Shown: positions 25,610 to 36,500 of the stretch, one piece after another
How the letters are laid out: each line of letters begins with the position of its first letter
How positions within the stretch are numbered: the first letter of the stretch is position 1
Virus record (IMG/VR): IMGVR_UViG_3300023116_000053
Coordinates: 1 to 57,698 of that record
Reading direction: 5' to 3' (one strand)
DNA length: 57,698 nt
Origin: a virus
Taxonomy: Duplodnaviria > Caudoviricetes
Made by a program: the position numbers and the translations under genes
The notes under the pieces: model-generated
Databases searched by the model: none
The model's input: only the letters and a program-made list of their open reading frames with translations
Told to the model about the DNA's origin: nothing

Positions 25610-27211
25610 TTAACCCACTATAATCCAAGGTTTATGGATATTACGTTTTTTTTGCATATTTATTCTCTCTTCTAAATATCTGCCAGTCTTATGTATGTCA
25701 TGCATGTTAGACAAATTTGTATTAAAATTCTTTCTGGAAACTAAAATATTACTTAACAATGCTCTGTTTACTTCGACTTCTTTTTGTCCTTTAATTAGTG
25801 CTGTATCTCTCACCCAACAAGCTATTGCACAAGATAAAATTAGGTCGTCGTTGGAACCTTTTTGTGCCTCTGGCTTTCCATTTCTCCATATAAAAGTCTT
25901 TAATTCATCGACAAACCTAGAAGAAGGAGAAAACAACACTCTGTTTCTAATGTATTCTTCCAGTTTAGATATGATAAGAGGTCTTGTTTTAACTGAAGTT
26001 GTGAAGCCTGGAATTGCTGTCGAATCAGATAACGCTTGAACAGGGTCTACATATTCGTGAGTACCTTTTTTAGAAAAATAAAGGTGTGGGTAGCCTAAAC
26101 TCAACATATCTTGGGCTACTGCAATCCCTATGTTGTTGTTCTCTACAACCAACATCGGCTTGCCATAATCATTCGCTACAGAGTTCAAAAAAGAAACAAA
26201 ACTATCTCTTCCTAACTTTCCTTTGTATTCAGCAACAACATTCACTTCTTCAAGATTTATAACTATAATTGTTGAAAAGTCTTCTCCATCTCCCCTAGAT
26301 ACATCTACCGTTATAAGGTATCTGTTACTAGGGTCATAATCTTCCCATATCCAATACTGCCTTTTGTTTCCAGTCTTATATAACGGTTCTTTGATTAAGC
26401 CTTCTAGCCTCTCTATGTCTTTTGAAGAAATTACAGTCGCACCAGAAGCATTAAATGAACATAATAATTCTTGAGCAATTGCTCTTTCTGAAAGGTTTTT
26501 CGTTTCTAATTTGAACCAATCTTCGTCACGCTCTGGATGGACATCCCACATTAATTTTGTAAGCAAAAATTCGTTATCACCGTTTTCTGCCTCAACGCAC
26601 ATTCTGTGAAAAAAATTGCCTGTTCCTGCCGGTGTACTTAAAATAATAGCAGAACCACCTGTTGACAGTGTAGAGTATGCAGAAGTCCATATGTCATCCA
26701 TCAGAGAGCCAATATGAGCGCATTCGTCAACAACTAACAAAGAAAGAGCCTCAGAGCGACATGCATCTTCTGACGTACCTTCAGCCAATATTCCAGAACC
26801 ATTTTTTAACCAAAGTTCATTTTTATTGTTAATGTCTATATTGGAAATTAACAACCATTGAGGTATTTTCTCAAAAATCATTTTAACTTTTTTAATTATG
26901 TTCGCTGCCTTACTCTGTTTCGTAGCCAATACACTTACAACCTTATGTTGACGAAACAAAATAAACCAAGCGACATAACCAGCAACAATTGTAGAAATAC
27001 CCAACTGTCTTGCCTTCAAAACAATGTTGAAGCGATGGTCCCTAAAATTATCCAACAAATCATCTTGAAAATCATAAGTATCGAAAGGTATCAGCCCCTT
27101 CTTTTGATGGACAATCTTGGCGTAAGTTTTTAAGAAATACACAGGGTCTCTACCACAGCGCATTATTTCTCTTTTTATTTCTTTTTTCGTGAGGCGTGTT
27201 TTTTTAGACAT
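25610..27211 (-). CDS. terL: Terminase large subunit (T4 gp17-like)
   Basis: KARQLGIST (Walker A), LLVVDECAH (Walker B), LSTP (motif C), nuclease VDVSRGDGEDFS and NDDL. Confidence 0.97.
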   Translation of the reverse strand: MSKKTRLTKKEIKREIMRCGRDPVYFLKTYAKIVHQKKGLIPFDTYDFQDDLLDNFRDHRFNIVLKARQLGISTIVAGYVAWFILFRQHKVVSVLATKQSKAANIIKKVKMIFEKIPQWLLISNIDINNKNELWLKNGSGILAEGTSEDACRSEALSLLVVDECAHIGSLMDDIWTSAYSTLSTGGSAIILSTPAGTGNFFHRMCVEAENGDNEFLLTKLMWDVHPERDEDWFKLETKNLSERAIAQELLCSFNASGATVISSKDIERLEGLIKEPLYKTGNKRQYWIWEDYDPSNRYLITVDVSRGDGEDFSTIIVINLEEVNVVAEYKGKLGRDSFVSFLNSVANDYGKPMLVVENNNIGIAVAQDMLSLGYPHLYFSKKGTHEYVDPVQALSDSTAIPGFTTSVKTRPLIISKLEEYIRNRVLFSPSSRFVDELKTFIWRNGKPEAQKGSNDDLILSCAIACWVRDTALIKGQKEVEVNRALLSNILVSRKNFNTNLSNMHDIHKTGRYLEERINMQKKRNIHKPWIIVG

Positions 27212-27212
27212 C

Positions 27213-27716
27213 TTAAGACTTGTTAAGTTTGCGGAACTTTCGGAAGATATTTTCTTTTATGACTGCTTTTTCAGGAACTTCTCTATAATCCTCGACATCT
27301 TTGATGTTCCCGATTTTAAAACGCTTATAGCATTCAACCCAACTTCGAAATCCATTCAAGTATCTAGCGTTTATCTCACAACCTTCTTTTTCTGGCTTTA
27401 ATTGCAAATTTTTTCCTGTAAATTGCTTATATTCTTTCTTTAAAAAGACCACTATGTCGTTGATTATGTCGTTGATTTTGTTCTCAAATCCAACCTCATG
27501 CATTTCTTTGATTGGAATTTCCGACTGATAAACAATTCCTAAATTTGGACCTTCAAATTTTACTTTAAAGCCATCCATGACGCGACTATCATATATAGGG
27601 CAACCTTCTTCTCTGCGTAAACCAATTTTAATTCGCTCACCATCGCTTCGAGAAGCACCGTCATGAGTGTTTGCGACTATTGTACTAATCGCTCTAATGA
27701 TTTCAAGTGTGTTCAT
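27213..27716 (-). CDS. Hypothetical protein
   Basis: 167-aa ORF abutting terL; HDGA..IGLRREEG..DSRVMDGF. Confidence 0.55.
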   Translation of the reverse strand: MNTLEIIRAISTIVANTHDGASRSDGERIKIGLRREEGCPIYDSRVMDGFKVKFEGPNLGIVYQSEIPIKEMHEVGFENKINDIINDIVVFLKKEYKQFTGKNLQLKPEKEGCEINARYLNGFRSWVECYKRFKIGNIKDVEDYREVPEKAVIKENIFRKFRKLNKS

Positions 27717-27721
27717 ATCAT

Positions 27722-28387
27722 TTATTTCCCTAATATATTTTTTACTTGTTTGTTCACAAGTTTTTCAAGTTCATAATTTTCAGAAATTTGTTGACCTAGA
27801 CCACTGATTTGCGAGGAACTGTAATCTCTTCCTGCTCTTCTCGCTTTTCTCCTCATATCTGCCATTTTTATTCTTTCATCATCTTGTTTTTTATAGTCGC
27901 TCGGCTTTTGTTTGGAGTGTTTTTCTGCTTCTGCACTCCAAATATCCCCAGCCATTTGAAAATACAATTGTTCCCCGTATTTCGAAATCTCAATTAGTTT
28001 TTGACCTAATATAAAAATATTTCTATTTTTTAGTCGAATTGGACGGATTTTTTTGCTTGGGTCTGCACCTTCAATATTACCAGCACCAGCCCTCATCATT
28101 ATATAGCCCAATTTCCCCAACAAGCCATTTCCTTCTTTTTCCGTCTTTAGCAAATTAGTTAATTCTTCCAATTCTTTAGTGTCAAGGGTGGGTTCGACAA
28201 GAGCAAATGAAATCAAAGAAAGTACGGGGTCTTTGGGTTTTTCACCTCTTGTCTCTTCTGCTTTCTTTTCCCATCCTTTTTGGGTAAATTTGTCATACCA
28301 TGCTTCATCTAAATTTTCTTCGTTTTTTTTGAACTTATCGATTTCTTCGTTGATAATCTTCTTCAAATCTTTTTTAGAAATTTTCAT
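27722..28387 (-). CDS. Leader-bearing hypothetical protein
   Basis: MKISKKDLKKIINEEI...NLDEA; a similar helix recurs at the C-term after ISE. Confidence 0.55.
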   Translation of the reverse strand: MKISKKDLKKIINEEIDKFKKNEENLDEAWYDKFTQKGWEKKAEETRGEKPKDPVLSLISFALVEPTLDTKELEELTNLLKTEKEGNGLLGKLGYIMMRAGAGNIEGADPSKKIRPIRLKNRNIFILGQKLIEISKYGEQLYFQMAGDIWSAEAEKHSKQKPSDYKKQDDERIKMADMRRKARRAGRDYSSSQISGLGQQISENYELEKLVNKQVKNILGK

Positions 28388-28718
28388 TGTCTTTTCCTTC
28401 TATTTGTAGTATATAACACTTGTAGCAAGTTTTGTATTTATTGTAACAAACATCGTCATCTACATTTTTGGTTCGTTTGTTGCAATATTTACAATTGTTT
28501 AATTTGTTCTTCCGCGCAATCAATTTGTTGACTATAACCGCATCACCCGAAATCCATTCTTCTTTCGCGCTACCTTCGTCTTCAATCAATGTTGATAGTT
28601 GACTCAAAAAAACATCTTCTTTTTGAGAATTCCAATTATCGAGAAAATTGTTTGCTATTCTTAAACCATATTTTCCTATCAACGCTTGTTTAATTTTTTC
28701 TTTATATTGTTTTTTCAT
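28374..28718 (-). CDS. Small Zn-finger-like protein
   Basis: CKYC ... CYKC Cys pairs. Confidence 0.55.
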   Translation of the reverse strand: MKKQYKEKIKQALIGKYGLRIANNFLDNWNSQKEDVFLSQLSTLIEDEGSAKEEWISGDAVIVNKLIARKNKLNNCKYCNKRTKNVDDDVCYNKYKTCYKCYILQIEGKDNENF

Positions 28719-28731
28719 TTTCTTTTTATAG

Positions 28732-29472
28732 TCACCTACCCATTAAGACTTTATCGATTTTTCTCATTTGTTCTGCGGTGAGTTCTTCCCACCAGAAAGC
28801 AATCAGAGCCACATAACCTTTGTATTCTTCAAAACCTCCTCCAGAAAACCCTCCCAAAGCCAGAAATGAATCACTCCCACCTGTAGGTGCTGCTAGACCA
28901 GTATCCACACCAGCAGGAAGTCCTGCTTCATAAAAAGTGTATGACGTTGCAGCAGTCGGTCTCGTCCAACCAACACAAGACCATTCGCCCAATCTTGGAC
29001 CTCTCTCGCTCACTGCTTCTTGATTGGTCCCTGCCCCACTTTCATGAAAGGCGATGATTTGTGACGGTTCTGTCGCATACGTTTGTTGAAGTTTTAGACT
29101 CCACAAATTATTGTAAGATTCTTGATCTCCAGCCGTTCTAGAAGTACTCATAATGTACCCAGGGTTAACACTTAAAGGAGCAGTGACGGCCACTATTGAC
29201 ATTGCGCCTGTTTGTTCGTAAGGGTTTGTTTCTGTAGCGTCATACTCAAATACGGAGAAACCGTCGAGATATAGACACTGCATTCCTGGGAATATGCTGT
29301 CACGATATTGTGCAGAACCAACAGTCGTAGAGAACAAATCTGACCCTGCTGTCTCCTCGTTCAGATTCCCGTCAAACAAGAACAATCTTTCCACGTCTGG
29401 TATTGAAAATGGATTGCCTGTTAACTCTAGAGGTGTAGGTTGAATGTCTCGTCTTGGTATCAATGTTCCCAT
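28732..29472 (-). CDS. LamG / concanavalin-A-like domain protein
   Basis: FLFDGNLNE, LYLDG, GEWSCVGWT, YKGYV....W..ELTAEQM pattern. Confidence 0.65.
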   Translation of the reverse strand: MGTLIPRRDIQPTPLELTGNPFSIPDVERLFLFDGNLNEETAGSDLFSTTVGSAQYRDSIFPGMQCLYLDGFSVFEYDATETNPYEQTGAMSIVAVTAPLSVNPGYIMSTSRTAGDQESYNNLWSLKLQQTYATEPSQIIAFHESGAGTNQEAVSERGPRLGEWSCVGWTRPTAATSYTFYEAGLPAGVDTGLAAPTGGSDSFLALGGFSGGGFEEYKGYVALIAFWWEELTAEQMRKIDKVLMGR

Positions 29473-29514
29473 ATATAAATTCCTTTAATTGTCGCTCTCA
29501 AACTGTCTATTTTT

Positions 29515-30426
29515 TTATGCTGGATTGATTACAAAAAAGTGTATAACAGGTTCTGCTGTTGTTGCATTTGACCCATCATGGTTTGTTACGCATATTTCAC
29601 AGCTTCCTGCGGATACAGAGACCAAAGCAACACTTGGAGCCACATCAGCAACAGTGCTTGCTTGCACTGTAAGTAATACAATAGAAGTTGCAGCAATACT
29701 ACTATTTGTAAACACAAACGCTTCACTTGTAACAGCATCTATAGTATCAAACATCGTAATCTTACCTGATTGTGCATTTAAGGTAACGCTTGTTGCATTG
29801 CTAGTAACTTGAGTGACAGTGCCTGTTTCAATGTTTTTTATAGCATTTCCGTCAGCATCTAAATCTCCACCAAGTTGTGGTGTAGTATCGTCTACAAGAT
29901 CTGTCATACCTGCATTTGCAAAAGAAAGAATGCCTGCTCCATTTGTTTGAAGCACTTGACCCGTAGTTCCATCTGAAGTTGGGTATGTAAGACCACTTGC
30001 TGCAAGACTTCCGTCAACACTAAGTCCAACTCCATTTATAAGTTGGAGTTCGTCGTTTCGTTGTCTACTAACAATTGTAAATGTACCATTTCCTTTAACT
30101 GCGGTCTCAATTATCCCATCTTCTGTTCCGAGTGTTACATCTCTAATTTTTCCAGTAATCTTTCCATATATTTCATCAGCAGAGTTGCTATTTTTACCTT
30201 TAAACTGAATTTGCCCCAAATAATCTCCATCATCTGGTGTTGCTGAATCCCTGTAAAGTATTATCTCTGGTCCGGCTTGATCGCTATCGTCTGTACTTGT
30301 AAGAGTTAAAGTGTCACCACCTCCTGCACTTCCACTACTTGCAACCAAATGAATCAGCGCAGTCAAAGATTGTTCTAATTCGCTACCTCTCAGGAGGAAA
30401 CTACTATGTTGTGGTATTTTAGTCAT
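29515..30426 (-). CDS. Fibre-like virion protein
   Basis: YPTSDGTTGQVLQTNGAGILSF and DTTPQLGGDLD linkers typical of phage fibres; VTQVTS..TSVTLN..SGKIT tip. Confidence 0.65.
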   Translation of the reverse strand: MTKIPQHSSFLLRGSELEQSLTALIHLVASSGSAGGGDTLTLTSTDDSDQAGPEIILYRDSATPDDGDYLGQIQFKGKNSNSADEIYGKITGKIRDVTLGTEDGIIETAVKGNGTFTIVSRQRNDELQLINGVGLSVDGSLAASGLTYPTSDGTTGQVLQTNGAGILSFANAGMTDLVDDTTPQLGGDLDADGNAIKNIETGTVTQVTSNATSVTLNAQSGKITMFDTIDAVTSEAFVFTNSSIAATSIVLLTVQASTVADVAPSVALVSVSAGSCEICVTNHDGSNATTAEPVIHFFVINPA

Positions 30427-30438
30427 TTTTTTTCTCTT

Positions 30439-30894
30439 TTAATTTCCGACAACAATTGGCTTAATTGCAAAAGCCACCCCAATTGTTGTTGCTATCCCAA
30501 AAGCCACTCCAATTGTTATCCACAATGGTATTAAATTTGGGTTGCTAGTTTTCAAAGAAATTTTTTTTAATCTTTCTATCTCTTTGTCTTTCATATTAAT
30601 TATTGCATACAATTTTCTTTCGACTGAAGATGATGCATTTTTGCACAGTTCTAAGTCTAATTTTGCCTTATTTTTTAAAATTTTTTCACCATATCTCTTT
30701 TCTAAGGCACAAAGTTTTTTTGCTCTATCATTGGCATTCTTTATTCGCAAAAGTGCTTCTGTGTCCAGCAAATGCCCCGCAAACGGACTGCGCTGCCCCT
30801 TTTTGAGCGTGATTATCTTGTTTGCTTCAGTCAAAAGAGGCGCAAACAAGAAATTAATAAAAATAATGCATGTTGTGATTTTTTTTATTGACAT
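30439..30894 (-). CDS. Membrane/secreted coiled-coil protein (spanin-like candidate)
   Basis: N-terminal signal-like helix, coiled coil, C-terminal TM (LWITIGVAFGIATTIGVAFAI). Confidence 0.45.
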   Translation of the reverse strand: MSIKKITTCIIFINFLFAPLLTEANKIITLKKGQRSPFAGHLLDTEALLRIKNANDRAKKLCALEKRYGEKILKNKAKLDLELCKNASSSVERKLYAIINMKDKEIERLKKISLKTSNPNLIPLWITIGVAFGIATTIGVAFAIKPIVVGN

Positions 30895-31296
30895 TTAATT
30901 ATTTTCCATATATTCTATTTTATATTCTTCGGCAATTTCCTTTGTCAGTTTGTCAGGCTCGTCAACATATTTTTTGATAATCTTCATAAGATTTTTATCA
31001 TCTTTTTGTATAATATGCTTTTTTTCTTTCAAATATTGCTTGTTTATTTGCTTTTTTATTAAAGAATATTTTTGTCTAATTTTTTCTTCTTTTGCTTGTT
31101 TTTTTTTATTCTCATGCTCTATGATAGAAATTTGCTCTTTATGAGACTCAGCAGAAATATCTAATATCTTTTTTATCTTTTTTATATAACTCTTGTTAAA
31201 TATTGTAAAAGTTAATACACCTAAAAAAACCAAAAAAAAGACAACCAAAATTGCCTTGTAGTGATTTTTAATCCAAATTATCGATTTCATTTTCAC
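30895..31296 (-). CDS. N-anchored membrane coiled-coil protein (inner spanin-like candidate)
   Basis: TM ILVVFFLVFLGVLTFTIF followed by a charged coiled coil. Confidence 0.45.
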   Translation of the reverse strand: MKMKSIIWIKNHYKAILVVFFLVFLGVLTFTIFNKSYIKKIKKILDISAESHKEQISIIEHENKKKQAKEEKIRQKYSLIKKQINKQYLKEKKHIIQKDDKNLMKIIKKYVDEPDKLTKEIAEEYKIEYMENN

Positions 31297-32128
31297 TTTG
31301 TGCCTCTAATTCGGCTACTTTCTCCTCATAAAATGCTCTAATGACATCATCGTTATTAAAATATTCAATGCTTTTTGATAAATTTTCTAATTTTGTTGAT
31401 TCTGGAATTGATTTGGCATTTTTACGAACTTTATCCCACCGCTTACGCAATTCGTCCATCAAGCCATTGATTGGATGACTTTCGACCGACTCGAATTTTG
31501 GATTCTTAACCAAACAAACCCAAGCATTTAGTTTTTCGTCATACTCTTCTTTCCCAGAAAGATATACATAGTCGGCTGAAATTAGTTTGGGGGGTGGATT
31601 GTCTCTTAATTTTTGCAAATTTTTGGCGAAATAACCTCCCCTCCCAAGAATACTTGTTAATGAAAAATAACCCAAATGTGGCAAATATGCTGCACTTTCA
31701 TAACCTTCGTTTTTTAAGGATGCTTCCACTTCTTTTAGTGAACCTTCTATTTCTTCAATGACTTCCCCAGAAATTCCAGCTATAACATCTCTCACCATGC
31801 TGCCTTGCATAAAAGAGTCTGCGAGAATCCTAAGAGCCTGCTCTTCTTTCGAATTAAATTGACAATCTCGCAAAAATATAGAATTGGTATGATGCAAAAC
31901 ATTTCCAGTTTTTTTCCCTTTTTTTGCTCTGTATATTCCTACAAGTCCTTGCTTTTTATTCTTAGCGTGCGTTCTGTTTGTATGCACCCACACTCTATCT
32001 CCTTTTATTTCGCTAGAATCTACATATTTTTCGTTATATTTCCACTCTTCACCTTCAAACTTTGCTTCTTGTCGCAATTCCTCAAATATTGCTTGTTTAA
32101 GAACATTAAACAATCTTGTTTTATTCAT
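31268..32128 (-). CDS. Leader-bearing hypothetical protein
   Basis: MNKTRLFNVLKQAIFEELRQEA; GAGG RBS. Confidence 0.55.
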   Translation of the reverse strand: MNKTRLFNVLKQAIFEELRQEAKFEGEEWKYNEKYVDSSEIKGDRVWVHTNRTHAKNKKQGLVGIYRAKKGKKTGNVLHHTNSIFLRDCQFNSKEEQALRILADSFMQGSMVRDVIAGISGEVIEEIEGSLKEVEASLKNEGYESAAYLPHLGYFSLTSILGRGGYFAKNLQKLRDNPPPKLISADYVYLSGKEEYDEKLNAWVCLVKNPKFESVESHPINGLMDELRKRWDKVRKNAKSIPESTKLENLSKSIEYFNNDDVIRAFYEEKVAELEAQSENEIDNLD

Positions 32129-32138
32129 TTATTATTCC

Positions 32139-33188
32139 TCAAAATCTTGCATAACTATGTTTGGTCCTTAAGAATGCTCTTCCACCTGTTATATATTGTA
32201 AAAATTTAGATGACGGAGGTTCATTGATTTGAAAAAAAGATTGATTTAGGTCGCCAAAATCCTTAACATAATTCCAATACTTTTCAACGGGTGTCTTATT
32301 GTTTTTTCCACGAATTTGATATATTGTGTTTTCTTCTTTATCATATGTAATTGTTACATGTGGAGAGTTTTTTTCATCGAATAAATAATATAAGTCTCCC
32401 TGCAAATCAGACCCACAATGTTGCATTAAATCTGAAAAAAAGGTATTCATTTCTGATTCTTGACAATCCATACGCAACCAAAACCAGCCATTAGAATATT
32501 TACGCACATAATTAGAGTTGTCTGCCAAAAATTTTTTAGTTACCAAAAATCCTTTAATCTGAGGAAAAGTATAAAAGTTACTGTCAATTATGTTATCTAC
32601 AACATCATCTTCAATATTGTCTATAAAAAATGTTAATGCATCGCGACAATTAAGTTTAACCTCAAAAAGAAAATTATCAATTCTTTTTGAGATGAATTTT
32701 TTGCGTCTTTTTATTGTTTCTTCTTTTTTTTGTATATAAGAAAGTGTCAAATAAACATTCATACTACAAATAGTACCTATCTCCTTTATTAACCAAGGAT
32801 AATGGTAAGTAAAAGACATTCTTGTAAGGAGTTTTAGTTTATTTTTTTCTTGAGAGTTTGCATATAAATCGCCACTAATATCAGAAGAATTATATATTTT
32901 TAAAATATATTTTGCTATTTCTTTGTAAATTGATTTTGGCATAATGGCGTTATTCAATTTTTCAACAACATCAAGTGCTTGTTTGTCCTCACCATATTTT
33001 GTCTGCAATTCAAGAGGCAGTTGCTCTATTTGAGGAAGATATGCACCATCCTTAGATATAACATTTTTACATAAAAACATTAACTCACTTAAAATAGTTT
33101 CATATGCAAAGTTTTTTCTCTCACTTTTGCTTCTTATTTCCAAAAGAATCACTTCTTTAAGAATATTAAACAATTTTGTTTTATCCAC
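32139..33188 (-). CDS. Leader-bearing protein with C-terminal PcfJ-like domain
   Basis: LMQHCG...LYYLFD...PHVTI...IYQIRGKNNKTP; GTG start. Confidence 0.6.
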   Translation of the reverse strand: MDKTKLFNILKEVILLEIRSKSERKNFAYETILSELMFLCKNVISKDGAYLPQIEQLPLELQTKYGEDKQALDVVEKLNNAIMPKSIYKEIAKYILKIYNSSDISGDLYANSQEKNKLKLLTRMSFTYHYPWLIKEIGTICSMNVYLTLSYIQKKEETIKRRKKFISKRIDNFLFEVKLNCRDALTFFIDNIEDDVVDNIIDSNFYTFPQIKGFLVTKKFLADNSNYVRKYSNGWFWLRMDCQESEMNTFFSDLMQHCGSDLQGDLYYLFDEKNSPHVTITYDKEENTIYQIRGKNNKTPVEKYWNYVKDFGDLNQSFFQINEPPSSKFLQYITGGRAFLRTKHSYARF

Positions 33189-33519
33189 TTATGGTCCCTC
33201 CAAATTTTGTTGGCCTTTTTGTGTCTTCGTTTTCATCTTTTTTTTTGTTTATTTTTGTTTTGTATGCTTGTTGCAATATATTGTTTTGCACAAAACTGCC
33301 GACACTGGAGGGTGAGTTACCCTTAAATGCTAGTGCAATATCGAGGACCGCTTGCCCCCCGATATAAATTGCACTAATAGTAACCCAATCAGCGGATCTT
33401 AGCACTGAATACTTGGTAAATGTACCCAGCAACATAAAGATTGTTGCAAATATCCAGACCAAAAATTTTCTTGATATGACTTTTGAAACAAGTTTGTCAA
33501 AATAGTTGTTTTTTTCCAT
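33181..33519 (-). CDS. Holin-like membrane protein
   Basis: KVISRKFLVWIFATIFML and a second TM (WVTISAIYIGGQAVLDI); basic C-tail. Confidence 0.55.
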   Translation of the reverse strand: MEKNNYFDKLVSKVISRKFLVWIFATIFMLLGTFTKYSVLRSADWVTISAIYIGGQAVLDIALAFKGNSPSSVGSFVQNNILQQAYKTKINKKKDENEDTKRPTKFGGTISG

Positions 33520-33558
33520 TTATATATGTTTCTCTCTTACATTACATACATAATTATT

Positions 33559-36500
33559 TCAACTATTCACTTTAGCGAACCCTCGCACATTATTTATTTC
33601 TATTACAGAATCAACAACATCTTTGAGAATTTCCATATGACTGATTAAAAAAACTGTTTGGAAGTTTTCTTTAATCATTTCGAGCATTTGTATGAAGCCA
33701 TCTAGGTTTTCAATGTCTAGAGCAGTCCCAGGTTCATCTAAAATAAAAATATTGCTTTTGGGCAAACTAGAAACATTAAGGAGTGCTAGTCTTAGAGCCA
33801 TAGAAGCGAGTGATTTTTCAGCCCCTGAACATCCTTCGATTGGTCTTGGGTTGTATTTCGGGTGCTGAATAAAGATTTCCAGTTTTTTATTTTCTGCTTC
33901 TAGAAAAATGTCGAAATCAACAATGTTGTGCAAGCATTTTCTTATTTCTTCGTTGATTTGAGACAATTTATCTTTAATGATTGAAAATGGAATCCCATTT
34001 GGGTGATAAGCCTTGGTTAACAATTCATTAGCAGAGTACTCAATCAACTTGTTTTTGTATTTATTTTCTTTTTCTTTCATTGCACTTAGTTGCTCTTCTA
34101 ATTTTCCTTTATTGGAGTGAAGTTCTAAGTGTTTAGCCTCGCAGTAAGACAAAATATCATATTTTTTTCTCAATTCACCTTCTAAATCTTTGATTTCATT
34201 TGACAATTTCTTGTTATTTTCCAGAGTGACTTTGTATTTCCAATATTCGCTTTCTTTTTTCAACAATTTTTCAATATTTTCTTCAATTTTGGCGCGTTCA
34301 ATGCCTTTTCTTTCCAAAACAAGACGTTTCTTTTCAACACCTGAACTCAATTGTTGTTTCTTTTTGAGTGATTCTTGAAAAATCTTAAAATATTCATCAG
34401 TTTTTTGTTGTTCTTCGACAAAATCAACATTACTTAGGTTTTTTTCTTGTTCTTTGAGCAATCTTAAATTATTTTCCAGCAAATTAATTTCTTCTTTTGC
34501 GTCAAAAGCATTCTTTATGAACTTGCACTGTGGATATTGTGTTCCACAAGGCACTTCGGAGAGCAATTCTGCGCTTTTCTTCTTTAATTTGTACTTTACC
34601 TCCTCTTGTTCGATTTTGTTTCTTATTTGCGTTATTTCGACGAATTTTTTTCTATTAATTTTTTGTTTTCTTTCGATGTCGCCAATGTCGATAGAATCTA
34701 GCAATTTTGCGTATTCTTCAATCATATTTTTGTCATCTGAGATTTCGTTCTTCAATTCTTCTTGAGATTTCATGTTGCTTTTTAGCAATTGTTCTTGCTT
34801 TTGTTTGTCTTGGTCTACAATATTGATGTCTATGTACTCAATATTTGTATCTATTTTGCTTTTTTTTGCTTGCAGTTCGCTTTTTATTGATTCAAGAGAC
34901 TTTCTTAATTCATCGCATCTTTCTTTTTGCTCTCGGATGTTTTCATTGTTTTTTGCTATTTCATCTTCAAACTCAACTTTTTTTTCATAAAAGTTAACAT
35001 TCTCATCTTCTTTCAGATAGCCTTTTAATTCTTTTAAATTGCTTTTTGCACACTCAAACTTTTTATCAAAAAATTCTAAATCTAAAAACCTTGCTATTGT
35101 TTTTTTTCTGTCCGTTGGTCCTTGTTCGATGAACACATGAGATTTGTTTTGTGCTGCCATCGAAGACAATAAAAAATCTTCTCTTGTTCCAATAAATTTT
35201 TGTATTTCTTCGTCTGTGATGTTTCTCTTTTCTTGAGTTTTATTGTAAACTTCTCCTGTTTTTGTATTTTCAATTGTAAAGTCAACTTCAACTCTTGCTT
35301 CCAAAGAGTCCTCTTTTTTAATGTTTTTAAGGTATTTTTCAATTTTTCTTTCAATATTCAGTACATTGTCACCAATTTTAATTTTTACCTTAACATCACC
35401 CAAAGACTTGTTTTCGTTGACATAGTGAATGTTTTTACGAGCCTGTTTGCTATCAGAGTTAAACATACCCAACAACAGACTGTCTAGAATGCTGGATTTT
35501 CCCGAATAGTTTTTTCCAAAAATTCCAACGACACCTTTTAAGTTTTCTAATGATAACTTGTTGTCCGTCCCATAATTGTATAAATTGTTCCATTCCATCT
35601 CTAATATCTCAAAGTAAATGTCGCGCAGGGCTTCGTCTTTACGCAATGCCTCTTGGTTGTATTGTTCGTTTAGAATGAAAATCTTTTCTTTTACTTCTTC
35701 TGAAATATTAAAATTCTTTAAGAAGTCTTTCAGTATTTTCTCTTGAACTGTTATTTCTCTTATGTTTTCATATCTGCTGCTTTTTATGTCAACATTTTTA
35801 GTTTTATTTTTATGCTTGTTGACAAACTTTACATATTCGGGACGATAGTTGTTTTGAATAAGAGAGGTTAAGTATTGAATTTTATCATAAGAGAGGTTTG
35901 CTCTCGGCATCAATCTTACGCGAGAACCTACAGGTATATCCATATTTTTTGGCAATTCACCATTTTCATCAATTGGGATGGTTATAAATGGCTTATGATG
36001 AGGCACAATGACATGCTTAACCATAGAAATTCTTTTGTCTTTAATTCTCCACACCAAAAACCCTTTGTCGTTTGTTTCTCCAAAGTTTTGTTGGATTGTT
36101 GAGCCTGAATACCTTTTTCTCCCATCCTTTCCAACAATTTGGTTAGATTTGTGTATGTCGCCCAAAAAAGCATAATCAAAAAGTTGAAAATCTTTTTCTT
36201 CTCTTTCTCCCTCTTCAAAAACATAACCAATGTCTGTCTCTACACCAGTAACAGAACCATGATACAAACAAATATTGATATAATCATCATTTTCGGATGG
36301 CACACTCCAATTTTCTTTGTCAAACGGAGACCAAGCAAACAGTTTAAAATTATCTACAATGTATTCTTTTGATTCTCTAGAATAAAAAATGTTGGGATGA
36401 TTCATTTCTTTGATGATAGGAGTTAACGAATCCATCCTTTGCAAGTTTTTTAGATTGCCATCGTGATTTCCAGGCAAAATATAAAGAGGGGCAATGTTGG

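Noticed and set aside
23574-27211. Introns or inteins in terminase or portal
   Set aside because: Lengths and motif spacing are normal; no intein termini or homing endonuclease motifs seen.
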